Shown: positions 48,382 to 59,526, numbered from the stretch's first letter. The stretch is 64,000 nt of DNA from a virus (IMGVR_UViG_3300020477_001468:1-64000), one strand, 5' to 3'. Notes: generated by a model not told the origin, from the letters alone. Program-made: numbers and translations.

Positions 48382-50214
48382 CTAATAACCTATTGAACTT
48401 GATGTTGTCACAGATCCAGTTGCATCTGTATTATCAGCTATGGCTGAAGTAGTAACATCTTCTGTGTTTATAACTAAAATTTGTTCGCGCACTGGTGTAA
48501 TATCATTGGATGCAGAAGTTATTGTAATGTTTAATGTATTCCCTGAAATAGCAGGAGGTGCAAATGAAACAAGATTAACTAAACCAGATGAATAACTAAC
48601 TGTACCAATATTATTAGCAACAACAACTTTTGATCCACTCACAGTTTTTACTACACGCAAAACACTGTTCTCATCATCTAAAGAACAATCGCTTTGAATG
48701 GTACCAAGACCATCATCATAAGTAAAGGTTGTTGAAACAATAGAACCTACATAAGTATCATTTGGATGATATATTTCATTAGAAAATTTAATTCCATAAT
48801 TTGTAGCAACACCAGCTTCAATCTCTATTTTCTTTGTAAGAGTTATTGTTGTTAAGTTTCCTAAAATAGAAGGATCGACATTATCAATAGCTGTTGTTAA
48901 TTTTGAATATCTAAATCTTAAATCAAAATTATTAAGTTCAGTTGCACCATAATTAACAATCGCTGATTTAACATTGTCAGCGATAACAGCAGCAGAGTTC
49001 TGTGATACTAAACTATCATATTTGATTGAACTATTAATATTTAAGTAGATGTAATCTGGAGCTATTACTTCTGGAGTAACAGTTACAATTTTTCTGCTTG
49101 CTAATACAGTCCTTACTGCATCTTTTGCAGCTGCAGTTAAAATTAATCCTGATTTTGGTTTAACAGCTATAAAAACTTTACCATAAACTGGTGGATCATT
49201 ATCTTCTCCACCCCATGTTGTAATTGATTGAGCATCACTATACTCAGATGTAACAATTCGCTTATAATCATTTACAGTAACAGCTCTATTTTGAGTTTCA
49301 TAATTTTTAGGTGCATTAAATTTAACTGAATCTATAGATTCTCTATCCGCACCACCAAAACCAGTCGTTACAGTTGCAACTGTCACATTACTATAACCAC
49401 CAACAGTACCTGCTAAACTAAATTCAGAAGCACCATTTGTTACAGTTCCTTCACAAACTAAAGCATCCAGAATAACAATGTTTCCAGATGCGATTTTTCG
49501 ACCTAAAACACCATCTCCAAAAGACACTTCATATTTACCATCTGTGCCCTCATTTAGATAGTATACATTTGATGTAGAATTTACTGTTGTAACATCTGAG
49601 ATTTTATTATATACATAGGTATTGGATTCGTCGACAGAATTTTTTAATTTTACTGTTAAAGTACTTGTATCAGTATTAGAATTAGGTAATATAAATTTTT
49701 GATCTGGATTTAATGTATTTGCTGTATACGTATGTGTTAAAGCAACACCTTGTTTTAAAGTTATACCATTAGCAAAAAATTGATTATTACTATTTTTTGC
49801 AACAGTTGTGGATTCTGTTGTATTAAAAGTATATGATATATTATTCACTACAGATGTAAAATCTGTATTTTTATCAACAGTTATTGTAGCCGGTTCACCT
49901 GTAGGAAAAATTTGTAAGTCAACTACAGCACTAGTGCCTGTTACAGAACGTGGTGTATATCCAAGAGCTTTCGCTCGAGATACTACACTTGATCTTAATA
50001 AAGCACTATCTAAAAACATTTCATTTGCTAACATATTCAAATAAAATGCATTATAGTGTGTATTATATGCTAATATGTCCAACAATACACTTATTGATGA
50101 ACCATCGAAATCATAATCAGCAAATTCAGTTTGACTTCGCATGTAGGTTTTTAGATTTTGTTTTATACTATTAAAATCTAATTCTGAAATTTTTAAAGTG
50201 CTACTTGAGGCCAT
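48382..50214 (-). CDS. gp6: Baseplate wedge subunit (T4 gp6-like)
   Basis: LDFNSIK, DYDFDGS, LAYNTHY, FGDGVLG, QNRAVT..DY and WGGED. Confidence 0.95.
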   Translation of the reverse strand: MASSSTLKISELDFNSIKQNLKTYMRSQTEFADYDFDGSSISVLLDILAYNTHYNAFYLNMLANEMFLDSALLRSSVVSRAKALGYTPRSVTGTSAVVDLQIFPTGEPATITVDKNTDFTSVVNNISYTFNTTESTTVAKNSNNQFFANGITLKQGVALTHTYTANTLNPDQKFILPNSNTDTSTLTVKLKNSVDESNTYVYNKISDVTTVNSTSNVYYLNEGTDGKYEVSFGDGVLGRKIASGNIVILDALVCEGTVTNGASEFSLAGTVGGYSNVTVATVTTGFGGADRESIDSVKFNAPKNYETQNRAVTVNDYKRIVTSEYSDAQSITTWGGEDNDPPVYGKVFIAVKPKSGLILTAAAKDAVRTVLASRKIVTVTPEVIAPDYIYLNINSSIKYDSLVSQNSAAVIADNVKSAIVNYGATELNNFDLRFRYSKLTTAIDNVDPSILGNLTTITLTKKIEIEAGVATNYGIKFSNEIYHPNDTYVGSIVSTTFTYDDGLGTIQSDCSLDDENSVLRVVKTVSGSKVVVANNIGTVSYSSGLVNLVSFAPPAISGNTLNITITSASNDITPVREQILVINTEDVTTSAIADNTDATGSVTTSSSIGY

Positions 50215-50216
50215 TA

Positions 50217-50600
50217 CTATCTAATCCTTGTCAAAAATGTTTCGAAAAAAGATGGTTCAATTTGGTCTATAACAAAAAATTTAATCTGAACTCTATATTC
50301 ATTATTGTCTGGAATGGGTTCCACAGCAACTTCATACGACTGTGCTCTAGGTTCCATTGAAGCTAAAGTTATTTGAATACTTTTTGTCATTCTATGAGCA
50401 GTTATTTGTGATATTGGTTCAAAAAGAAATTGTCTTAAATTTGATCCGAGATGTGGTTGCATCACTCTATCATATGTATTCGTTTTTAAAATATTACTAA
50501 TTGACGATTTTACAGCCTCCGCACCTGTCACTGTACTTATATCTTTAGTGATCGGATTTGCTGAAAAATCGTTACTTATATCTGCATACTGCTCTGCCAT
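50217..50600 (-). CDS. gp25: Baseplate wedge subunit (T4 gp25-like)
   Basis: AVKSSISNILKT, P.LGS.L...LFEP and EPR. Confidence 0.9.
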   Translation of the reverse strand: MAEQYADISNDFSANPITKDISTVTGAEAVKSSISNILKTNTYDRVMQPHLGSNLRQFLFEPISQITAHRMTKSIQITLASMEPRAQSYEVAVEPIPDNNEYRVQIKFFVIDQIEPSFFETFLTRIR

Positions 50601-50615
50601 ATTATTCTCCTACCT

Positions 50616-50623
50616 TATTTATA
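50616..50623 (-). promoter_or_regulatory. T4-type late promoter (perfect TATAAATA) upstream of gp25
   Basis: Exact T4 late consensus followed by an AGGAG RBS. Confidence 0.75.
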
Positions 50624-50639
50624 CTAATTACTACTTGTC

Positions 50640-52994
50640 TCATCTATTTCTTCCCTCTCCCCCTTCTTCATCTTTAATACCAAGTAGAAGTTGTAACGTC
50701 TCCAAAGAAGCTGCAACAGCTTGAGTACTTTTACTATCTGGAGAACCTCCCATAATTAAACTTCCAGCACTAAATCTTAATGATGCTGGAGGTTGATTAT
50801 CAGCTCCTTGTAAGGTTGATAAAAATGCAGCAGTTCCACCAGTTTCAGGTGGAATAACGAGAACATATAGCCCTATTTTTTGTAAATTAATAAATTGTTC
50901 TTGTATTGAAATAATAAGTTCATTTAATTTAACAATTTGTTCAACTCTTTCATCTATTGTTTTAATTGTTCGATTTATACCTGCTTGAGCTGTTGAAATT
51001 AATCCTCTAAAACTATTAAGTTCACCTCTAGTCCATCTAATAAAAGTTCCTAGAATTGGAATTAGATCCGTTAGTGTGTAAGTCATAAAATCAGGTGGAA
51101 CACTATCAGGTTTATCTACTTGTGTTTTTATCAAACACACAGTAGTTGGAACATCGTGTGTTATTCTTTGTGCTTCATATTCTATTTCTGCATCTATTTG
51201 TTCACCATCTTCACTTACTAATTTTGCACCACTTGATTGAGTTTTTAAGTCTTCATCACTACCAGTGTCAGTCTCAACTGCTTCAGCTTCGACATCTGAC
51301 TTAACCGTGGCAATGGTTAAAATATTACCAGGTTGAGGTTTCTTATTAAGTTGAAAAGGTTGTAAAGTAAGAGTTTCTTCCCAATAAGGTAAAGTGTTTA
51401 TATTTTTCTTAGTCTCACCTTTATCTGTTGCAGCATATATTTCTGATTTTTTTGAATCTGAAGAAGAAATGACTTGTGCTTTAAATCCAGTTTCTTCTCC
51501 ATCAACATCTGTCAATTCAACTACAATAATTTTCTCACCCTCTTTTAAACCATCTAACTTTTTACCAAAACTTTGCTCTGATCTTTTTAAATCAACACCC
51601 ATCAGCTGATCGCCGGCCATACTTCCATATGTATCATCACCAAATGCTAAATCATGAACCATATTAACTTGTACTTTTATAGCAGGTGGTTTTAATAGTG
51701 CTGCTAAATCATTAAACAAATCTTCAAGATCTGGAATCTTAAAAAAGTCTTTAAGCAAATATATGAGTTCAAGGAATCCTGTAATAGTAGTAGCTCCATA
51801 AATTATACAAATTCCTCCTACAGCAGAGTCCGAACCAAAATTGGGTTTATGATCTCTCCACACATATCTCTTATCATGTGAAATTGCTTCTCCATTTTTA
51901 TCATATAAAATAATATCTTGAGCTTCATTAGCTGAACTTACTGGAAAACCCTCTGCATCTTGATATTCTTTTTGTTGATCACCTTCATCATTAAAAGCTT
52001 CAACCATTTTTGATATAACTGCTGAAGGATTTAATTCTAACATACCAGTTAATTCATTTGTAACAGTGCCGCTATCGTCCGGACCAGAATAAGGTACTAA
52101 CTTTGTTAATTTCAATCCAAAAGGATCTGTTGCTTGTGGTGCTTCTACACTTCCTACAAGCCACGTCTTATCAGTAGCAGTCTGTCCAAGGGGAGGATTG
52201 TCTTTTACAGTTCTTCCATTTATTGCTCCTACCAATTCTCTATTTGTATCATAATAAGCAGGTACTTCTTTTACACCTTGATGTACAAAACTTCCATATG
52301 TTGCAGCTTTTGTTGTAGATGGAGGTACTGTATATGAATTAACATTTAACATAAAAAATCCAAGTTTTTCTAAATCTGCTAAAATAGTATCTACTTGAGA
52401 TATGATAGTTTCTAAAAGAGCAAAAACAGGATTAACTGCAGCAATTTTTAATGCTTTTGAAGTTTCATATGTTGTTTTAAATGCTGTTAAAGCTGCTTTA
52501 TTAACTGCGACTGCATCTGCTGTTTTTTCAAATAAAACAGCAAGACCACCATGATCCCCTAGTGTTAAGGACTGCCATGCTGGCTTTGTCTCCTCCTCTT
52601 CCTCTTCTTCTGCTGTTGTATCTGGTGGTGTAAATGTTAATATACCAGTATTTGCTTTATGAATAAAAAAACCTGAAGAATCAATATCTATAGTTTGTGC
52701 TTCGTCTTTAAATAATCTTACAGTTGTTCCAAAAGCCTCTGGCCTAACATAAAAACTTCCATCATTTAATGATGAAAATCCTGTTGCATCTTCAGAAAGA
52801 GAAGCATCATCTTCTATACTTGAAAGAGTAATATTATAACCATTAGCAAGTGAAGTATTTGCTGTAGTCTCTTCACCATTCTCAGTTGTTGTATATGTTG
52901 GATTATAAGTTAACGTAGTTATCTGAACAGTATTACCGTTGTCGTTCGCCGTTGCAGTTGCTAATCCTATTATATTTAATTTTATTTCAGCCAT
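50640..52994 (-). CDS. Hypothetical virion/baseplate-associated protein
   Basis: 784 aa in the baseplate operon, with two similar helical segments (LEKLGFFML / LQKIGLYVL). Confidence 0.6.
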   Translation of the reverse strand: MAEIKLNIIGLATATANDNGNTVQITTLTYNPTYTTTENGEETTANTSLANGYNITLSSIEDDASLSEDATGFSSLNDGSFYVRPEAFGTTVRLFKDEAQTIDIDSSGFFIHKANTGILTFTPPDTTAEEEEEEETKPAWQSLTLGDHGGLAVLFEKTADAVAVNKAALTAFKTTYETSKALKIAAVNPVFALLETIISQVDTILADLEKLGFFMLNVNSYTVPPSTTKAATYGSFVHQGVKEVPAYYDTNRELVGAINGRTVKDNPPLGQTATDKTWLVGSVEAPQATDPFGLKLTKLVPYSGPDDSGTVTNELTGMLELNPSAVISKMVEAFNDEGDQQKEYQDAEGFPVSSANEAQDIILYDKNGEAISHDKRYVWRDHKPNFGSDSAVGGICIIYGATTITGFLELIYLLKDFFKIPDLEDLFNDLAALLKPPAIKVQVNMVHDLAFGDDTYGSMAGDQLMGVDLKRSEQSFGKKLDGLKEGEKIIVVELTDVDGEETGFKAQVISSSDSKKSEIYAATDKGETKKNINTLPYWEETLTLQPFQLNKKPQPGNILTIATVKSDVEAEAVETDTGSDEDLKTQSSGAKLVSEDGEQIDAEIEYEAQRITHDVPTTVCLIKTQVDKPDSVPPDFMTYTLTDLIPILGTFIRWTRGELNSFRGLISTAQAGINRTIKTIDERVEQIVKLNELIISIQEQFINLQKIGLYVLVIPPETGGTAAFLSTLQGADNQPPASLRFSAGSLIMGGSPDSKSTQAVAASLETLQLLLGIKDEEGGEGRNR

Positions 52995-52997
52995 ATC

Positions 52998-55556
52998 TTA
53001 AAACTGTTTCGATCTGTTATTTAAAACTTCGTAAATGTTTCTATCTTGATTAATCTTATCAAAAGCAAATTGAATATTATTAATCTTTTCCATAATATCT
53101 CGTAAATATCCTGTGTCACTATCCAAAAATGTATTAATAACATCATATAACTTTCTTCCATATGGTGTAATACCAACCACATCTGTATCAGCATCACCAA
53201 CAGCTGTATCTACAGTTGGAATAGCAGACACTTTATATGCTGCTTTTGTATCTGAATCATCTTGTGCAGCAGGACTTTGATTAGCATATGTTGGTGCACC
53301 TATTCTTGCTCCTATTGTTGCGATGCGTTCTGTTCGACTTGCTTCAAATGTATTTAAAGATGTTTTAAAAGCAGTAAACTCAGTATCAAAAATATCAGCT
53401 TTATATTCTAAACCACTCCCAGTAATTAAAGAAGAAGATGAACCACCAACTGCAGCAGCACGATAAGTATCATGAGTTCCACTACTACCATTTCTCCATG
53501 CATTTCGTTTTGCAACCAAATCAATTAATCTATCATAATAAGTTTCATACTTAGTTTGAGCACTTGCGTTAATAGCAGTACCATCATTAACTACTTCAAA
53601 ATAAGGATCGTGATTAGTTTTTCGTGAATCCAACCCATTAATCACAGCATCTAGTTGAGGATACTTATTCCAATGAGCTTGTAATTGATTAAAAATATGT
53701 GGTGCTACAAAAGCAGTACCTTGACTTACTGCACAAGTCATTGTATATGCATTTCCTCCACTTCCATCATCTGCTCTTGTTATTGTATACAAAGCACTGT
53801 GAGGTTGATAATTAATTAATTGATCAGAACCAGCTACAGGTAGATAATAATAATGCGTTACTGTATTTGTACCTACACCATGATCTGACCCTGCCCAAGT
53901 TAATGATATAGCAGTAGCACTAGCTGATGTTGTATTAGCTTGGCCATCTGCATCTATGTACAATTTCTGTGTTGCAGTTGCTGAACCAGCATGTGATGTA
54001 TTTGATCTCGCTAAAGCTGAAACACTATGAGCCCCATATGTTGTGTTTGCATCTCCACTTGATCCAAATGATTTTGAAACTGAACTATATGCAGTTGTTC
54101 CACTAAAAATACATTTTAAATTAACATAAGGATAATTCGTAGTATCATGTGCAAGACCAGTAGTAGTAGACACTATCGTAGCCATACCTGTAACAAATTG
54201 CCTTTGAGGATCATTAGCATTAGGTACTGTATTAGTTGTATAGACACCATCTGTTCCTAATGTTAACATTGGATTAACTTGCAAAAAGTATTTGGAAGCT
54301 GTATCAATAACAAATCTATATTCTTTATCAATGCCTCCAGAAAACGTTAAAGTACCAGTATCAGAATCAAAGTCTGTATCACCTGGTAATTGTCTACCTG
54401 CTTCAATATGGACATATCTTCCACAAAATAAATCTCCTTCACCTAATCCAGTTGGTTGTAATTCCTTCTTTTTATAAACAAAGGGTGCCAAAGGATTAAT
54501 TTCTTTATTAGGATATGTTCCACTAAAAAGTGGTAATTCCTGAGATGTTGATACTAAAGTATTGGCTAATGATTTAAAGACAGGTAATGTATTAGTAGAA
54601 TAATCTGCATTATAAAAAAGATCTGCGCGTGTTTTAAAATTAGCATCACTTAACTTAACAGCATTGGTTGTTAAAGCAGCTGAGGCAGCATAACTTCCTG
54701 TATTATCTCCTACAGGTAACCAATTCGTATTAATCTGTAATCCTTCACATACAACAACAGCAACAAATGCTTGCGTATGTGCTTCTTCATCACCATGATT
54801 AATTTTTCGTTTTAAAACTAAAGCATCATATAAGCCAGGAGGAGAAAAAGAATTAGCTGATCCATCTGCTAAAGGTCTTGCAAGAGTTACAAATTTTACA
54901 CCATCTGTTTCTGTTAATGTATTAATATCCATACGAGCATAATCTTCATTCCATGACCCTATTTCATTAGTTGTATCATCTCCAAAAGCTACATCTTGTC
55001 CTAATGGATTAATTGCATTAGGCCTTAACACTGCATTTAAATTAGTTGCATCAGTAGCTTTAACTAAACTGCCTGTTTTTCTACTTTGAACAAGATAATA
55101 ATCACCAATGTAAGTACTAAATGTATTTGTTGTACTATTGCTATAAGTAATTGTTTGTGTTGCACCAAGAGTACCTGAAAAATCAATTTCTGTTTCACCA
55201 TCAATAGATAATACTTGTACACCAAAAGAAGTCACTGTGCTATTAGATACTGGAAAAGTAAAATCAACATCTCCTGTATCATAGATCGTAGTATTAGCTA
55301 AATTACCAAAATCTTGTATATCAGTTGTTCTAGCTCCTTGACATAATGCTAAAATCTCAGACTGTTCTTTTGCAATATCATAAAGAGTTTTACCAGACGA
55401 TGCTTGATTTGTTGTTAATACACCAGCGTTTTGAACAAGGACTTCCATCGCTAACATTATTGCATTTAACGCATCTAATCTTGCAAAGATTATATTATCA
55501 GGTCCTGCATTAATGCTATCACGTGTTTCTGTAATTTTTTGTGCTATTGTTGTCAT
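52998..55556 (-). CDS. Hypothetical virion protein (Thr/Ala/Asn-rich)
   Basis: 852 aa in the baseplate operon; helical termini and a beta-rich core. Confidence 0.6.
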   Translation of the reverse strand: MTTIAQKITETRDSINAGPDNIIFARLDALNAIMLAMEVLVQNAGVLTTNQASSGKTLYDIAKEQSEILALCQGARTTDIQDFGNLANTTIYDTGDVDFTFPVSNSTVTSFGVQVLSIDGETEIDFSGTLGATQTITYSNSTTNTFSTYIGDYYLVQSRKTGSLVKATDATNLNAVLRPNAINPLGQDVAFGDDTTNEIGSWNEDYARMDINTLTETDGVKFVTLARPLADGSANSFSPPGLYDALVLKRKINHGDEEAHTQAFVAVVVCEGLQINTNWLPVGDNTGSYAASAALTTNAVKLSDANFKTRADLFYNADYSTNTLPVFKSLANTLVSTSQELPLFSGTYPNKEINPLAPFVYKKKELQPTGLGEGDLFCGRYVHIEAGRQLPGDTDFDSDTGTLTFSGGIDKEYRFVIDTASKYFLQVNPMLTLGTDGVYTTNTVPNANDPQRQFVTGMATIVSTTTGLAHDTTNYPYVNLKCIFSGTTAYSSVSKSFGSSGDANTTYGAHSVSALARSNTSHAGSATATQKLYIDADGQANTTSASATAISLTWAGSDHGVGTNTVTHYYYLPVAGSDQLINYQPHSALYTITRADDGSGGNAYTMTCAVSQGTAFVAPHIFNQLQAHWNKYPQLDAVINGLDSRKTNHDPYFEVVNDGTAINASAQTKYETYYDRLIDLVAKRNAWRNGSSGTHDTYRAAAVGGSSSSLITGSGLEYKADIFDTEFTAFKTSLNTFEASRTERIATIGARIGAPTYANQSPAAQDDSDTKAAYKVSAIPTVDTAVGDADTDVVGITPYGRKLYDVINTFLDSDTGYLRDIMEKINNIQFAFDKINQDRNIYEVLNNRSKQF

Positions 55557-56032
55557 TTAGGAGGTCCATCAAAAACTATAGGTGGTGTGCCAGGAATGAC
55601 ACCTTTTATCATACACTTTCTAACATAACCATCAATATTACCAGCAAACTTCTGTGCGAATACCTGCCCTGATGGTTGGCTTTCCCCAAATGTTCTTGCC
55701 AATGATGTTTGTAGATAATCAAATCCTACTGGTTGAGGAGGCGCGGTTTGATACGTAGTCATTAAAGTTAAAAAACAAGTATTAATAGCGGCAGCAATAT
55801 TATTAGAAATAGCTAATTTTGATGCCATTTGTTGGTTGAAAATATTAGTAAGAGTACTTCGTAAAGTGCTTACACCTGGCATATTAGCATATGTCCCATT
55901 ACCTTGATTTGCTATTGTTTTTATATAAGCATCAAAAGCTGAAGCAATTTTACCAGCAGCTTCATTTGCTGAATTGTTATGTGTTGCAAAACCAGATTGC
56001 ATTTGTGTCTTTAGTATAGAAAAATTTAACAT
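55553..56032 (-). CDS. Hypothetical protein following the gp5 spike
   Basis: 159 aa, translationally coupled to gp5. Confidence 0.6.
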   Translation of the reverse strand: MLNFSILKTQMQSGFATHNNSANEAAGKIASAFDAYIKTIANQGNGTYANMPGVSTLRSTLTNIFNQQMASKLAISNNIAAAINTCFLTLMTTYQTAPPQPVGFDYLQTSLARTFGESQPSGQVFAQKFAGNIDGYVRKCMIKGVIPGTPPIVFDGPPK

Positions 56033-57945
56033 TATGAACCAAAAACTTTTCGTGAGAGTGTTGTTGTAAATTGCCCTGCATTGTTTACTGGACCTGAAGG
56101 ACCTGTACCTGTTGCATGATAATGTATTCCAAATTTTTCCATATACTTATTTCCTAAAATAAGTGATTCACTTGCTTGCTCTTTTCCTAAACTAACATTA
56201 GTGCTAGCTTTTAAACTAATCGAAGCAGCATCAGTTAAAACTTCTGTTGCACTTTTTACGGTAACTTTACCACCACCATCAAGATCAATTGTACTTGCTC
56301 TAGCTTTAATTTCTATTGCACCTGTCATAGCATCATTAAGAATATTACCCTTCGCAGTTGTTACAGAATGATCTCCAGCTGTTACAGTTGTCTTAACATC
56401 TCCTTTGATTGCAGTTGTTTCTATATCACCTACTAAAGATATTAAATCAATTTTACCCTGAAGTCCAAATTTCATGGTACTTGCAGCTCCTGCAAGACCT
56501 GTATTAAATTCAATACCACCTGATGTAGCAGTATCAACACTTTCTATTTTAATCTTACCAAATACTGCATTTATTTCTTTTGCATATAGACTAGTAGCTA
56601 ATAAAGATTTGACTGGTTGAATAGTTTCTATAGATGACTCTGAAATAGCCGTATCCATATTTTGAGCTATCACAGATACCATATTACCTGAAGATGATAA
56701 TGTTACTGGTGATCCACTTAAAGATATTTCACCTGATGAAGAGAATGATGTATTACCTATTGTAGATTGCGAAAAATTTCTAGCACTAACAGACATATCT
56801 TGTTCTGTATTAGTAGCTAAATCTTTTGTAAATGTTGTTGCAATTGAACCAGCTCGAAATTCTATTTGTCTATTTCCAGCATCTAATTGAATATTACCAT
56901 CTCGTGTTTTTACAATAGCATTACCCTGACTTCCTACTTTAATATATAGATCATTATTTGGTGCGTTGTTTTCATTAACAAGCAATTCATATCCTGCACC
57001 AATGGTTGCTACTTTATCATTTTGAACAGTTTGAAATTCGTTATGAGAAGTAAGATTATATAAATCACCAACAGACTTATTAATAACATCACCATCAGAT
57101 TGCATTTCTGTATATGAACCAGAGCGATGAAACCAATGTAATCTTTCATGCTTAGGGGTATCATCAATTTCAATTACATGACCACTTTCAGACTGTTGTA
57201 CATGATTATAAGGATAACGAGCTGAAAAATTTAAAGCTGGTTCATCAAACCTACTATCTTTAGCCCTTCTAATATTCTGAATTCTTGAAACTGCTTTACT
57301 ATATAATGGCCCATCAATAGGTCTAAATTGGCCTGATTTAGTTTGATAATTTTGAGCAGTTTTTTCTCTACCTCTTGCAAGTCTTGGTGTAGTTGGCTCT
57401 TTTAAATATCTTTCATCAGGATATGTGGAAATTATAGTATTGGAACCTTGAGCTCCTCTATTCTGAAGAATAACTTTTTGTCCTCTACCATATATTGTAT
57501 TATCATAGTCTGGATCTCTTGGCGCATCTAGTAACTTTTTAATAAGTTTAACTGGCTTTTGCATCGGCCCAACTGCTATAGGAGCTGGATCAACATCCAA
57601 ACGAGGATCATTAAAGCCTACATTTAGTTCAGCAAGTTCATGAGGAATTCCACCCATTGTTCCTAACATCATAGGCTCTTGTGCTTCATTACCATCTCTA
57701 AAAAAACCAAATATCCAAGAACCTTCTACGGGACCTGTTGGACTTATACCAACTCCTGTTTGAGCTGCAGATGCTAAAGGTTGAATTGGCATTGACCATG
57801 GTAAACCAGTAGTAGGTAATATACTTTTATCTTTAGTATGCCAACCTAATATTCTTACTCTACATCGGCCAAGAAATAAAGGATCAAGTCGATCTTCAAC
57901 TACACCAACCCACCATACAAAACCATCACGTCCTAAAAAACTCAT
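56032..57945 (-). CDS. gp5: Baseplate central spike (T4 gp5-like, no lysozyme domain)
   Basis: WWVGVVEDRLDP..LGRCRVRI OB fold, YPYNHV..SESGH..EIDDTP, beta-helix region and C-terminal HYH...GPSGP. Confidence 0.9.
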   Translation of the reverse strand: MSFLGRDGFVWWVGVVEDRLDPLFLGRCRVRILGWHTKDKSILPTTGLPWSMPIQPLASAAQTGVGISPTGPVEGSWIFGFFRDGNEAQEPMMLGTMGGIPHELAELNVGFNDPRLDVDPAPIAVGPMQKPVKLIKKLLDAPRDPDYDNTIYGRGQKVILQNRGAQGSNTIISTYPDERYLKEPTTPRLARGREKTAQNYQTKSGQFRPIDGPLYSKAVSRIQNIRRAKDSRFDEPALNFSARYPYNHVQQSESGHVIEIDDTPKHERLHWFHRSGSYTEMQSDGDVINKSVGDLYNLTSHNEFQTVQNDKVATIGAGYELLVNENNAPNNDLYIKVGSQGNAIVKTRDGNIQLDAGNRQIEFRAGSIATTFTKDLATNTEQDMSVSARNFSQSTIGNTSFSSSGEISLSGSPVTLSSSGNMVSVIAQNMDTAISESSIETIQPVKSLLATSLYAKEINAVFGKIKIESVDTATSGGIEFNTGLAGAASTMKFGLQGKIDLISLVGDIETTAIKGDVKTTVTAGDHSVTTAKGNILNDAMTGAIEIKARASTIDLDGGGKVTVKSATEVLTDAASISLKASTNVSLGKEQASESLILGNKYMEKFGIHYHATGTGPSGPVNNAGQFTTTLSRKVFGS

Positions 57946-57960
57946 AATTCTCCCACTTAC

Positions 57961-59526
57961 CTAAATTGTTTCTGTATTATTAGCAACATCATTTTCATCA
58001 ACATCACCTATTATTTGGTTTTTCGCTAAAACAGCAGGATCAAAATCTGGCATAGGATTATCAAGAGAATTTTTAGATAATTCTAACATAGTTTGCATAC
58101 CACCAGGACCACTAATATTACGAACTGTTTTCGTAACTATATATTTTCCTCCATAATAAAAATGAACCTCCGGAGGTGTACTACCTATCACTTCACTAGC
58201 AATTTCAGATGGCATTTGAAACTCAACAACATCTCCTACTTTAATAGCCATATTACTTTTCGCCAAATTTACTCTTACTTTTATATTTGATAATTGTTGA
58301 AATTGAGAAAAGCGCTGAAGCAATAATTCTTCAACACTGGATGGTATGATACCCTTCTCTTTAAACCCTCCTGCCTGAGTTTGATTTGTATCAAAAATGA
58401 AATCATGATTTAATGTTGTAGAATGTAAGTGAATTTTTTGTAAAGGATGATTTAAATTATCGTTATTGTGAGTACACAATTTTCCAGACATATTAACTGC
58501 TTTACTTCTATCATATAAAACTTCTACATCACCTTCTTTTCCAGCTTTAACCGTAGTTGCTACTTGTTGACCATCCTTTTGAATTAATACGTCTTTATCA
58601 GCTTTTTGAGGTACATACTCATAATCATACTCTCTATATTTCATTCTTTCAAAATCATATGTAACTAATCGTGAAGAATACATGCCCTTTTGTATATTAT
58701 CTAAGACATCGAAATTCGATACGACTTCAAAAGATTCTACTTTTTGAGTTTGGAGATCATCATCTTGTAATTGTAATTGTGAGTCTCCTAACGTTTCCTT
58801 ACTATCAGCATCTGCGTTCAAATTTGGAGAATAAATTAATATTAATTTCGGAACTTTGTCTACTAATCCTTCAATTGACTCAAAATGAAAAGCATCAAGT
58901 TCCTCATAAAATACAAATGTAGCACCTTTATAAATTCTTGATTTTGACAAAGCCCTTTTAGCACACATGTTAATAGCTTGAAAGGGAGTACGGTTAGGAA
59001 ACATTATCTGATATTGTCTCAAGGTGTCTTCAACTATAATATCTTTTTTATAATCCTCATGACCTTCTCCTCTCACTGTATTTTTAATATAATTATCATA
59101 TACTTGTTTTACAATATAACTTAATGATGCTTTATGAGCTCCCAAATAAGAATCATAAATTTTAGTTCTTTTACTAATAAAATATTCTACAGAAGCGAAG
59201 TACAATGTGAAAGTCGCACCTGGATTTCCCTCACCTCGTACTAGTGGTGAAGCTTCATATACTCGAAAAAAACCGCTTAAAGGTCTTTCATCGTTTGGTG
59301 ATGTAATAAAAATTTCAAGATACTCTTCTCCTAAGATTGGAAATATTTCAAAATAACCACCTTTATCCATAATAGTAATACTACCATTAATGAAAGGCCG
59401 ATATAAATTTTCTTCGACAACTACATCTACCATCAATTTCATTAAATTCATGGGTTGCCCCATTAAATTTGGAGTATGTAAATGTAATTTGTCTATATCA
59501 TATTTTTTATCGCGGAATTCAGGCAT
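57961..59526 (-). CDS. Baseplate hub protein (gp27-like)
   Basis: E.L..PFI.G.I.I.D, P.LGEE, FVFYE, and C-terminal VGDVV...GKYIVT; lies between gp53 and gp5. Confidence 0.6.
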   Translation of the reverse strand: MPEFRDKKYDIDKLHLHTPNLMGQPMNLMKLMVDVVVEENLYRPFINGSITIMDKGGYFEIFPILGEEYLEIFITSPNDERPLSGFFRVYEASPLVRGEGNPGATFTLYFASVEYFISKRTKIYDSYLGAHKASLSYIVKQVYDNYIKNTVRGEGHEDYKKDIIVEDTLRQYQIMFPNRTPFQAINMCAKRALSKSRIYKGATFVFYEELDAFHFESIEGLVDKVPKLILIYSPNLNADADSKETLGDSQLQLQDDDLQTQKVESFEVVSNFDVLDNIQKGMYSSRLVTYDFERMKYREYDYEYVPQKADKDVLIQKDGQQVATTVKAGKEGDVEVLYDRSKAVNMSGKLCTHNNDNLNHPLQKIHLHSTTLNHDFIFDTNQTQAGGFKEKGIIPSSVEELLLQRFSQFQQLSNIKVRVNLAKSNMAIKVGDVVEFQMPSEIASEVIGSTPPEVHFYYGGKYIVTKTVRNISGPGGMQTMLELSKNSLDNPMPDFDPAVLAKNQIIGDVDENDVANNTETI

